NCBI GenBank assembly: GCA_965112155.1
Contig: OZ218104.1
Source: Podarcis liolepis
Lineage: Eukaryota
Length of the DNA stretch: 64,000 bases
Strand: one strand, 5' to 3'
The position numbers and the translations under genes are program-made. Position 1 is the stretch's first letter. The number at the start of each line of letters is the position of its first letter. The notes under the pieces were generated by a model. The model did not search any database. It was not told where the DNA came from and was given only the letters and a program-made list of their open reading frames with translations. Positions 11,290 through 22,350 of the stretch are shown here, in pieces.

Positions 11290-12900
11290 GAAGCGACTTA
11301 TAATCCACTTTTTATTAAGCAGTTGTAAAGAAGGCTTCTCTTTGCCCTGTTAATAGTGCCAGGAAGTTGTGTGAAGCTTTGCACCCTGGCCAAGACATAC
11401 ACACATATACACAAAACAATGCTGGATTTCAGTCAAGGCACTAGCAAGTCTTACAAGGCAAAATTCACATCCAGTGTTTGGTTAAGCTTGAAGTTTATAG
11501 AAATGTTTTAATAACATTTTATACAGTAAGAGGATTGATAACACCTGAATAATCAAACATTTTTGAAATCATTACCATAATTCTTACCCTCCCGATGTAT
11601 ATTCCACCTTCACTTTAAAACTAGCAGGTTAACAACTATCGCAGGACAAGTTTCAAGAAAAAGACTCCTTATAAAGTGCCTGCCAATTTGGTTTTGCTTG
11701 GAGTTCTTTAAGGCAGACCAACCTATTCTTCATTCATCTTCACCACCCCTTTAAAACTCTAGTTTTCTAGCAATTTGAACAACAAATGTGTACAAAAGGG
11801 GGGGGGGAATCGGCAAGGAACCGAGGACTACATGTTTGGCAATGCTGGTAAACAGTACAGACCCGGTCTCATTCATATATGCAGTTTTTGCTCATAAGTA
11901 GAGGGCGACAAGGAGAACAGAAGACCCAAAGGGGTGGGGTGTTGTGCGAAGGGTGCAAGGGGGTGGGTGGGAAGCGAAAGTGAATCACCCAGAAGGCACA
12001 CAATCACACACTGCTTGGCTCATGAAGAGCTGTGACACACCAGAGTATCTTGCACACGGAAGAGGACAGAAGCACTCTCTGACAAAATCTCTCAAGGAGG
12101 GCAGCCAACATCTGCATGGACCACCCTAAGCAACATGAGATGCAAGTCAAAAGTACTTTCAAGGTTGCTTTTGACCCTCATTTCCCAAACAGATAATATG
12201 ATCTGCTGGTATGCTGAGGAAGCTTTTCTTGCCGGTTTTAGTTTTGCCAAAACCCCCAATGCAGAAACGTTAGTTAAATTCAACCAGAAATATGTTTTCA
12301 AAAATACTTTTATAATATTTGTTCGGATCCAGGCAAAAGGCACTGAGGAACGACAGCTCACGACGAGAAGAGCAGAAGGCACAGTGCTTTGTCCCAAATA
12401 CTGCAAAAAGGTGTATTGGCACTTAAGTGCTTGGAGTGTGCAAGTTTCATGGTTGCTCCCCACCCGATTAGGAGATATTATCTAATTAAGGCAACAATGA
12501 TTCCAAAATGGCACAAGAGGAAAAAAAATTCTCCAGAAAGCACAAATGAAAGCTAGTTTCCTTCCCTGTCCAGGTATAGGAGGTGAAACAGATAAAAAAT
12601 ACCCATGATCTATGAAAACCCACCCAGAAACTCACAGCTTTAGTATAGATCATGATACCCCCAAGCCTTAAGATGTTTCACCCTCACTCATACAGGTCTT
12701 AGCAGTCTCAGCCAACTGCAACAGCATTTACAAGTTGAAGCGCATCATTTGAATAAAGGCACATTTGTCTATAGGCTACAGAGTTAACATTTCTATCCAA
12801 AATAAACGTTTGATTTGTGCACCCGTAGGAAAGCTTGATATGGAGGAGACTGATGTTCTTGTTGAAAACTGCTTCAAGTTCCAGGGTTTCCTCAAAAGGC
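11290..12900 (-). other. VAMP3: VAMP3 3'UTR, likely polyA signal AATAAA at 11316-11311
   Basis: Follows the stop codon; AATAAA with downstream U/GU-rich sequence; a second AATAAA at 11263-11258. Confidence 0.55.
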
Positions 12901-12920
12901 TCACGAGGACACGCTCCAAA
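12901..12920 (-). CDS. VAMP3: VAMP3 last coding exon (VWSVSS*)
   Basis: tag| acceptor; G+TT TGG AGC GTG TCC TCG TGA. Confidence 0.9.
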
Positions 12921-14256
12921 CTATATATATATATTATAAAAAAATAATCACAAGGGGTCAGGAGAAGAAACATGATTTTATGCTTCAAATCAAAGGATAC
13001 CTTTAAAACTATTTATATTTGAAGAGTGTTCCCTTTATAAAAAGTGGTCATCATCTGACACTGGGCAACTAGCAAAATTGGCAACCACAGAATGCAAAGC
13101 ACTTGCCGTTGACTTCCCATTAAGAACAAACTCAACAAAAGGAATTGGGACGGCAGTTTTACCTTCCCAAACCGTATGTTGTTGGGACTCCAGCTGCATG
13201 AAGCCAACAGCCATCAAACCAGAAAGTTATCTGCACAGTCTTGAGTCAATTTGTACATGAATCAGGGCACAGAGGCATTTGTGGCAGCTATTCCACAGTG
13301 CCAGGGAACTCTTTTTCCTGAAAACAGAGGTAGCCCTCTGGAGGCTGCTGAACTGCTGCTTCAATCATCCTTGACCATTGGCCATGCTGGCTGAGGGTGA
13401 TGAGAGTCCAGCAACATCTGGGAGCCTCTCCTTGCTCCTTAGCCTGGCGACTGAGAAGAGCTAAAAGATCTTCTATTTGAGCAGTGTTACTACTAGATCA
13501 ACGTACCTGGGGAAATAACTATCTTGTAGGGCTTCTACACACAACCTTTTAGAAGAGTTCTCAGTCTGCAACGGGTCCACTGGGAGCGGAACAGAATATA
13601 TAATACCTGGCTCCCCTTTACTACAAATCCCGAGAGAGACAGACAGAAGAAAGCCACTTGACTGCATTACCAGTGGCCTTCCAACGGAGAATCACAAGTT
13701 CTTTCTTTGAAGACGTTTTTCAGGGGCACAAATGGCAAATGAAGCAGAGAGGTCCAATATATCAGTGAGTCCCAGGCTAAGGAGCAAGGGGTCTCCAATT
13801 CCAAGGCCTCTATCTGATTATGGATGCTTTTGCTAACCTCCAGGTGTTTTGGACTACAACTCCCATCAGCCACAGCCATATTTGCAAGGTCTGATGGGAG
13901 TTGTAGTCCAAAGAAACTGCAGGGAAACATGTTGGCGAAGGTTGGTCGACAATATTCCATGCCTAACCAGGACTCAAAACGCTTACCAATGATGATGATT
14001 AAGAGAACGACCACCACTGCAATCAGAATGGCCCACATCTGCCAAGAGAGAGAAACAGAGCAGAACTATTAAATCTGCGAGCCACCACCATAATTTGCAA
14101 GTTTAATCTAGTATCCTAGTTTTGTCTAATTGCAATCACTCAACAGATACTGGCATTTAACATCATTTGGGAACTGTGAATTTCTTTGAGAAGTAGCAGC
14201 CTACTAATACAAGGATTCCGGTCAATATAATATAGCAGCCTATATTTTTACCAAAA

Positions 14257-14288
<32 letters not shown>

Positions 14289-17200
14289 CAATCAATCAAT
14301 CAATCATTCAGGAACTGGGAAATTGTGTGCATTAGTCAACAGGGAGTAAAACACATAATCATAGAATTGTAGAGTTGGAAGGGACCCCAAGGGGTCCCTG
14401 CAACAGGAATCTCAACTGAAGACTCCATGACAAGTGGCCATCTGACCTCTACTTAAAGGAGAGCCCACCACATTCCAAGGGAGTCCGTTCCACTGTCAAA
14501 CAGCTCTTACTGTCAGAAAGTTCTTCCAGATGTTTAGTTGGAATCCCCTTTCTTTTAACTGAAGCCATCGGGGTTGGTCCTACCCTCTGGAACCGGAGAA
14601 AATAAACTTCCCACTGGTGTCCCTTTCCTGACCCTCTACAGGTCTTCAGTTTCCAAGAGGCTCCCTCAGTCATCCTTTGCAGCTGTCCAGGGACTCAGGG
14701 GGAACCCCGTATCTTCTGCCAACCTAGTTCCCTCCAGATGTTCTGGACCTCAGCTGTATTCCAAACCACCTGGAGGGCCCCAGGCTGGCGAAGGCTGCTG
14801 CCGCCCAGTCAGAGTTACCTTGCAATTCTTCCACCAGTACTTCCTCTTCAGCTTGGCAGCATTTGTCTCAAACTGGGCAGCTCCGGCTTGCAGGGCATCC
14901 ACGCGGTCATCCAGCACGGACAGCTTCTCATCCCTTTCCAAAACCTTGTCCACGTTGACTCTCATGATATCCACCACCTGAGAAGTCAGAATGATTCTTA
15001 GCATGCATGTGTATGCCTCTATCATTTCTTTACATATACAGTGGACGCTTGGGTTATGAACGTGATCCGTGTGGGATACACATTCGCAACCTGCAGCGTT
15101 CACAACCCGCAGTGGTGCGTCTGCGCACGCCCGGGTTGCGGTTCGGTGCTTCTGTGCATATGCAAAGCACGATTTAACACTTCTGCGCATGCACGACCAC
15201 CGAAACCCGGAAGTAACCCATTCCGGTACTTCCGAGTTTTGGTGGGTCCGTAACCCAAAAAAACACAACCCGAAGCATCTATAACCCAAGGCATGACTGT
15301 ATATACAGTCATACCTTGGAAGTCGAATGGGCCCCCTTTGGCCAGATTCAGCAGCTGGGGTCTCTGTGTATATACTTCCATGGATTAAGTCCACTAGCAG
15401 AGGAAAGCTTGGGCCAGCCTTGCCCACAGCCTAGTGCCTTCCAGATGGTATTGGACCCCGAAACCCAGCATCCAGTGATGAGTTGGGAGGTGACGAACAT
15501 CTGGAAGGCTGGTTTGTGCCGTAATAAATTGTAGTTGGCCACACAATACCCTTTGTTGATTTCATGGCAGCAGACGGCCAAACTGAACCCCTCTGGAAAC
15601 AGGAAAACCACAACAGGGTGCCAAGTTGCTTGGCACTTAGAAGCCACACTAAGTTTACACCAGCTAGACACCCCCCCTCTTGAAGGTTACCCCCCACCCC
15701 CACAGAGTAGGTAGTCTACAGTATGCATCTTGCTGCAGCTTCACGCAGTGCAGCCAAAGAGAAGAGGAAGGAAGAGGGCAGATGATGGCCAGCTTTGCTC
15801 ATGTCTTGCAAGAGACAGATGAACCTCGCCACACAGGGATGCTCAGGGGAGCCACAATGGTGCCACACCTACCTCATCCACCTGGTTCTGGGTTTTCTGA
15901 AGCCGGTTGCTGCCTGGGGCAGAGGCAGCCCCTGAGGGGCCACTGGTTGACCTGCAAGTCAGAGGCAACAGTCAGGTTATCACGGCCTGCTGTGTGCTTG
16001 GCCAGGACAGAATTCCAGTGGTAAAGAATTCCCCCTGCATGTGTTGCTTCTTAGATTTGTGTCCATTGTACCAAATGGTGTCTTGAAAGCAGCTCAGAAT
16101 TAGCATTTAGAGTTAAAAACACCAGATTTCATTTTTTTTAAAAAAACCAAACCCCAAATCTTTACACCTTTAAAAATTAAAACCAGCTTCCAAAAGATGG
16201 ACACTGCGGGAAGGAAAAATGAAAACAAATGTCAGCAGCATTTGAGAGTGCAAAGTTTCAAACTGAAGGATTAGCTGCTAAAAAAAAACAAACCAGTGAT
16301 TTAAAGTTTCAGGAAGTGACCTCTAGCTCTCTTAGACCTCACTGTCTTTAGGATTTCAGCTCATGGCTGAATCATATCTTCTTGCCAATTAAGTGTCAAG
16401 ACACTTGCATGTTATTAAAATCTCAGTCTAGGTACCATTTGTGATACTGAAGGCAAAGTGTCAGGAGGGGGGCACCAGCTGAGGCTCCTATCATGATGGG
16501 GGTGGTTGATGGGTCTTGGGAGTCCAACAGGGCTCACCCCTGTAATAAGGGAAAGCCACCACAAGTTGCCAGGAGGCTGTCAACACAGTGACACCACCAG
16601 ACCCACAACAGGCTCAAAGACAGGATGTGATGATTTGCCCATAACAGTTAAGTCCTTTAAAGTTTGCAGGTTTGTTTCTCTTGCATCAAATCCCCACCCA
16701 AAAACTAAATTATCAGGGCAACACCCCCCACAAAAAACTTATGGAAGCAGAGCTGCCTTTCCCATAGGGCTTAGTGGTGCATCGCGCCAGGGCACTGGCC
16801 TCTCAGGGGCGCCCCAGGGAGCTGCGTGGCTTTGCCAGCGGCCTCCCCGTTCCCTGCATGCCCAACTGCGCCCCACCAACCATATGGCTTGTGGGCATGC
16901 AACTTCCAATCCTCTGCAGGGATCGCTCTCCCGCAGCGGCATGGGGGAGAGTTGCCCCCCCCCGATGGCTGGTAGTGCACAGCTTCCCCCCCATCTGTAT
17001 TAATTTGGGGGCGTTGAGCGGATATTTGCACCCCGGCGCCGCATCTGCTAAAGACGGCCCTGTCTGGAAGCAACCAGTTTTGAAAGGGCACGATCCATCA
17101 GACTGATCACTCTCTTGTTAACCGAAGGGCATGCATTGCAGTTGACCAAGGGGGCTGCCCCAAATGTTCCTAACACAAGTGTAACATACACATGCAAGAA

Positions 17201-18866
17201 AACCCTATTTTAAGTTTGATGGAGGTTTAACTTTAAACTGCTAATATGTGAAACTTCCAGTGTTGTGTGCAGGTCTCCCTATAACAAAACAGAATGGTGT
17301 AAAATCCTATCCATGTCAACCGATAAACAACCTCCAAAAGTGTCCAATATGGCTGACCCTTCCTTTGTAACCATTTTTAACTGCAATGCTGGGACACAGT
17401 TATTAGGCAGGAAAGCCCCATTAGTCAGACTGTGGCTTGCTTAGGAGTAGCATTTATGCAAGTTTTATATTGCTTTTTCCACCCAGTTAGGAGCAAAATG
17501 TAATTAAAACCATCAACACAAACTAATTCACACTGCCATTAAAATACCCAAGGGCACAAGCTTCTAAAAAAGCAGTCTAATGGTTGTACAATGGTTGGGT
17601 CCCTGGGGATTTAACTCCTAAAGGCCTGGGTGAATAAATAAAGACTTTGCAAGCATCTGAAGACCATCAGTGAGGGGAAACAATCCCATTTCCCAAGGGC
17701 GGGCCACAGTCAACATAACATGGGATAGCACTGAAAGCCTCTTTCACTTTCACAGCTGAACATCCATCTCCTTCCGAAAGTGAGTTTTGGAAATTCACTG
17801 GGGTGTTTCTGCCCAGCAGTACTGGTAAGAGAAAGGACTTGGCAGGTTGGCGAGTCTAGCTGACTCTTCCTGGTGCCCCGCTGGTTGGTTAGTTTTCAAT
17901 GGCACGGAGCCATTGTGCCAAGTTGGGCCCCTTCAGCCCAAATGTGTGATTTATACTAATCTCCTCCCAGCTGAATTCTGGTCCATGTGGGCAAGAGAAA
18001 CAGCTGTTTAACAGCTGGCACCAGAAGAAAAGGGAGAGCCTCATTTCGTAGGGTGACCTGTATCCCACATGCTCACCCTGAACCACTTGAAATTCAACAG
18101 GGAACACTTTGTTTTCAAAAGAAAATTAGAATATACAACACCCCTTGCAAAGTGGTGACATTGCTCAAGTTCAACCTGTGGTTAATTCTTCGAGAGCGTC
18201 AGGGCTCCTGAGCGCTGGCACCGTGATTCATAGGGGCCGAGCCCCCAAACAAATTCAACTCCAATTTCCCCCTCCATACTGAAAGCCTGAAAGATTACTC
18301 TTCGTTTGCCTTACAAGGGAACAGGCACGGTACTGCATCCCTTTCCTTTAAGGCTTCCGCCCTAATTCAAGGCGATTTACTGCCAAGTAGACATGAAGCT
18401 GCTTCCCAAAAAGTTTTACTTGGAGCAGGCGCAGTGAAATTAATGCACTTAAGCCAGTAGCGTCTACTCCGAGGAGGACTAGCCTTGGAGAGGCGTGAGA
18501 ACGCAACTTCGGCAGCGGGCCACTTTAGGGCTGCAGCCGTTCTGTGCCTCGGTGGAGACGCGTACCCGAAGGCACTCTGCCTATGCCTAGAGGCCGCGCC
18601 TCTGCCCACGCCACGCAAGCCCGGGAAAAGAAACGAGAGAGTGTCCGGCCGACTTTCACTACCCTCCGTGGCGGCCAGGAGCAACGGGACGGGCCAGCGC
18701 GCCGGGGTGCAAAAGCGAAAGGGAGGGAGAGCAACCGGGCTGCGGGCCGGGGCCTAAGGCCGGGGAGGCGCCGCCCCAAGCAGGGCAGCTAGCGGGGAGC
18801 CCCGACGCCCGCCCACCGCCCCCAGATCAGGATCGGTCCCCCTCCGCCTGCGAACGGGGCTCACAT
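12901..18866 (-). CDS. VAMP3: Vesicle-associated membrane protein 3 (cellubrevin), complete, 103 aa; exons 18866-18865, 15951-15873, 14977-14819, 14038-13987, 12920-12901
   Basis: Spliced product [109 protein letters not shown] motif, VAMP3-type KNCKMWAI and VWxVSS ends, ATG split by intron 1 as in synaptobrevin genes, and synteny. Confidence 0.96.
13848..13912. repeat. Palindromic MITE core, perfect 22-bp inverted repeat (tttggactacaactcccatcag)
   Basis: Arms 13848-13869 and 13891-13912; degenerate relatives at ~5510-5600, ~13340-13430, ~15440-15510, ~62790-62880. Confidence 0.75.
13987..14038 (-). CDS. VAMP3: VAMP3 exon 4 (transmembrane segment)
   Basis: ag|ATG TGG GCC...ATT G|gtaagc; 52 nt. 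Confidence 0.95.
14255..14305. repeat. (AAAT)n-(AATC)n compound microsatellite
   Basis: Directly visible. Confidence 0.9.
14357..14610 (-). mobile_element. CR1 LINE 3' fragment
   Basis: Minus strand ends ...ttccaactctacaattctatgatt, the CR1-type terminal repeat. Confidence 0.7.
14819..14977 (-). CDS. VAMP3: VAMP3 exon 3 (SNARE motif)
   Basis: cag|GTG GTG GAT...TGC AAG|gtaa; 159 nt. Confidence 0.97.
15039..15299. mobile_element. Tc1/mariner (Tigger/pogo-like) MITE, 261 bp
   Basis: TIRs CAGTGGACGCTTGGGTTA / TAACCCAAGGCATGACTG, TA target duplication on both sides, CpG-rich interior. Confidence 0.75.
15873..15951 (-). CDS. VAMP3: VAMP3 exon 2
   Basis: gcag|G TCA ACC...GAT GAG|gtaggt; 79 nt; [13 protein letters not shown]. 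Confidence 0.93.
16748..17062. mobile_element. hAT-type non-autonomous DNA transposon
   Basis: Termini CAGAGCTGCCTTT / AAAGACGGCCCTG; 8-bp TSD tatggaag / tctggaag (7/8 match). Confidence 0.7.
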
Positions 18867-19330
18867 GGTGACGTTGGGGCTGGTCGTGGCGCAGCAGCGA
18901 CTCTCTCCAAGGAACTTCTGCTGCTCCGCGGGCTGTTGCTGTTGCCGCTTCGGGCTGCAACTTTTGCAGGCGCGGCCGCTGGGTGGGGCCCTGGGAAGCT
19001 CCGCCCCGCCGGCCGGGGAAAGCCCCCAGCCCCAGGAGCAGGAGGCGGAGGAAGGGGAAGCAGCTAGGCGCCTCCGAGAGCGCAACCCGCGGAGCTGGAA
19101 ACCCGCCCGACGGCAAGGAGCAGCAGGGAAGCCTTGCAAGCGCTTGAGCGCGCTCAGCCGACGGCTTCTGAACCCGCTGGCCGCGGCGCCCGTCAGTCTC
19201 TTCTTAGGGCTTCTTCGGAAACTCTTGATTTGTGGCGTCTTCTTTCCCTGGACGGCCGTGACTGGAAGGCTACTAGGCACGATGGCTCTTCCCCGCTCCC
19301 AGGCGCAGCAATGCATCTAAACGGCAGTGG
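18460..19330 (-). promoter_or_regulatory. VAMP3: VAMP3 CpG-island promoter and exon 1 (caccAT|gtgag at 18866-18865)
   Basis: CpG-dense with GC boxes; Kozak-like cacc followed by AT and a consensus donor. Confidence 0.85.
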
Positions 19331-19724
19331 TTGAAAGTTACAGGAAGGGACAAGGGCTCTTGCGCTCGGGTCCTACTTGCGCGTTATCCACTGCTTCGCT
19401 GGACGGTGCACTCGATAAGCCACTGGCTTGATCCACCAGGGCTCTCCTTACTGTATGTTCTTAAGTGCATTGCGCTGGAGGGAGGCTGGTGAGCCTCCGG
19501 TGCTCGTCCTACTCAGAGGAGATCCGCTCAAGTTAAGAACGGAGCAGCCCATCACCGGCTGCATTTGGGAGTACCTGATGGGGAGGGGGCACGTTTTTAC
19601 CTGCGCCACGCTTGATGCCAAATATGATGCCTAGTACTGGGCAGGTGGGCATGTTGGGCGGGACCGGACCCTGCCTGCTTTTGATTTAGAGAAAGGTTGT
19701 GGCCACAAACGGGCTAACAAGGAA

Positions 19725-20380
19725 TTCTCGGGAAGTAGTGATGGTCACCAACCTGGATGGCTTTATAAGAGGATTAGGCGCATTCATAATTCTTCTATAT
19801 GCTGGTTGCTGGAAGCCACAGGCAGGGAGAGTGCCCTTGTGCTTGTGTCCTGCTTGTAGGCTTCCCACAGGCCAGTCACTGTGAGAACAGGATGCTAGAT
19901 CAGATGGTCCCCTTTTAGCCTAATCCTGCTGGACTTGCCTTATGTTCTTAGAACAAGGCATGACAGATTATGCTCATCTCCTTTTGTTGATGAGTCCCTA
20001 GTCTGGTAGATCAGCGGGATGCTGTGGACATTGGAGTACTGCATATTGACTTCAGCAGTGCTTTTGACAATTTCCCCCCATTACACTTGTTATCTACTGG
20101 TATCTAAGGAACTGTACTTAAAGAGCATTTACAAATGCCTCTTTGTTTACCTGGAGAAGAGTGGCACGCAGGGTTTGGACCTAGGTCTGCTGTTGCTTAA
20201 CACCTTTATAAATGACTGAACAAAGAAATGGAAATCTGCAGATGACACCGAACTGGGTGGTGTAGCTAAAACACTGGAAGACGGAAACAAGAAGACAGAG
20301 AAGTGGCCAAAACAAATTTCAACAGAGATAAATGTAGAGTTCAGTATGGAAGGTAGGCAAAACCTGGGCACATATGCAAG
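19725..20380 (+). mobile_element. Old CR1 LINE fragments
   Basis: Similar to the reverse complement of the CR1 piece at 39365-39770 (ATNLDGF.RGL motif); 3' ttatgttctta; degenerate RT-like tgcagatgacacc. Confidence 0.55.
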
Positions 20381-22033
20381 ATGGCTGACTCATGGCACAA
20401 CCTGTCACTCAGCCAGTCTTCCAAAGCCCAGAGAGTATTTCCACACAGAAGCAGCTCTGACGTGGCCTTTGCAGTGCTAATGGAAAGCCTAGCCTAGGCT
20501 GGGCAGAAAGTGCATTTGCATTGCAAAAGCCTTTCCTGTGATTCAGCATGGAAAAGAGCACTGAGGGCAATTCAAGCCTGGCATGTACAAAATACTACTG
20601 AGAATCTTAATTGCTGGAGCCCTCTGTAATGCCAGAAGAACAGCACTGATTATTTTGAGAGGTATGGCCTGGAGAACAGGTCCAATGAGGAAAGGTGTTG
20701 GGTATGTCTAGCCAGGAAATGATATTAAAATGTTAGAGGACAGAGTCAATTTGTTTTCTGTTGCTTCAGGGCTGGAGGATGGGGGGTCCTGCAGACCTCC
20801 AGATATTGTTGAACCACCACCACCACCACCACCACCAACATGCCCAGAAATGATGGGAACCACATCATAGATTCTCCACCTGCTACTCTAGAGGGAAGGC
20901 CATGAACCACAGGGCTTGAAACATTTTAAATGAAACATTAAGAAATTTCCTGATGGTATGAGGACTTTGACAGGCCAACAGACTGCTGTCTTGCAGGGCC
21001 GGCCCACTGACAGTTGCCTCAAGCGGCAGGGTGGGGAGGGTCAGCAGTCAGTTGATCACCTGCACTTGTTGCATGTATCTGCTGCCTAGAAAGAGCAGGG
21101 CTGCTGGCTTCTAGTTTCCTGTGTGCCAGGGGATGGACGCTTCTCCCGACACCATGAAGAGAGACAGATAATCTGCATTTTCTGCGTTCCTCTTTGGTTG
21201 GAAGAGGAACCTGGCTCTCATCCACAGTTTGCCTGGCACTTGCTTCCCCATGGAATGTGAGGGCAGACAAAGGCACTGGGTGCATGGAGCAATCTGGCTG
21301 CCACGACCCCCAATCACGTTCCTGGAAGAACAGGTTATCCTGCTAATTGGGTTTTTTTTTTAAACTACAGGTGTGTGCTAGAGATGATAAAATGCAAAAA
21401 TGAACACAGCTACAAGGATTTAAAAGGTCTGGATTGAGAGCGGATTTCATTCGGATGATGGGGGGGGATGGGATCCCACGGTTTGCTTATATCAAAATTT
21501 TTCTCTACGTTTATGATACAGTAACCTTTCCCGGAATGCATTTTTTTTTAAAAAAAAAGTGAGGAAGAAATTGGAATATAAATATGGAATTTAACAAAAC
21601 TGGAACTGCATGTGTGAGAGAAAGGAACTGAGAGGGAAGAGGGCGGAACACTACACTTTGAAAATATGGAGCAAAGCCTGCCTTAACCACAAAAGAGTGT
21701 GTTTGACTCTTGGCCATAAATCAGGGAAGAAAGGAGTCTACCAGCTGTGGGAATAGAAGCTTTTGGACTACCTATTTGCAGTCTGGATTCAAACCGTTCT
21801 TCCTAGGCTGGAAAAATTGTGAAGGCGGCTTCGCGACTGGAAGCCAAATCATGGCCTGTAAGAATAGCCAGTGGCTGGAGGCATGTCCTGTGTTGTCACA
21901 GGGGCTCATGAGAAGCAAAAATGTCCCTCTCAATCATGGAAATGGGTATAGTTTTAATAACAACCCATCTCACTTATGCCCATTTTGCACTCCTGAACAG
22001 GTGCCCAAACCTGACAGTGAGTTTTATCCAAGG

Positions 22034-22126
22034 CTAGCCTGACTCAAGAGTAAACCCACTGAAGTTAATGAACATGACTAACTTAGGTCCATTGATTTCA
22101 GTGGGTCTACTCTGAGCAGGATCTAG
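22034..22126. repeat. Dispersed ~90-bp palindromic repeat (best copy)
   Basis: Arms gagtaaacccactgaagttaatg / cattgatttcagtgggtctactc; relatives near 33190, 39862, 40280 and 63023. Confidence 0.7.
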
Positions 22127-22195
22127 TCAGTGGCAATCCTGTGCGTTGAAATAGGAGTAGCTATATTAATACATGCATATCTTAAAAAAGAACAG

Positions 22196-22350
22196 NNNNN
22201 NNNNNNNNNNNNNNNNNNNNNNNNNNNNNNNNNNNNNNNNNNNNNNNNNNNNNNNNNNNNNNNNNNNNNNNNNNNNNNNNNNNNNNNNNNNNNNNNNNNN
22301 NNNNNNNNNNNNNNNNNNNNNNNNNNNNNNNNNNNNNNNNNNNNNNNNNN
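22196..22350. other. Assembly gap (155 N)
   Basis: Run of N. Confidence 1.

Noticed and set aside
14750-15427. 225-aa ORF as an N-terminally extended VAMP
   Set aside because: Only 14977-14819 is the exon; the rest runs through intron and MITE sequence.
18367-19334. Multiple ORFs around VAMP3 exon 1
   Set aside because: CpG-island artefacts; only the AT of the start codon is coding.
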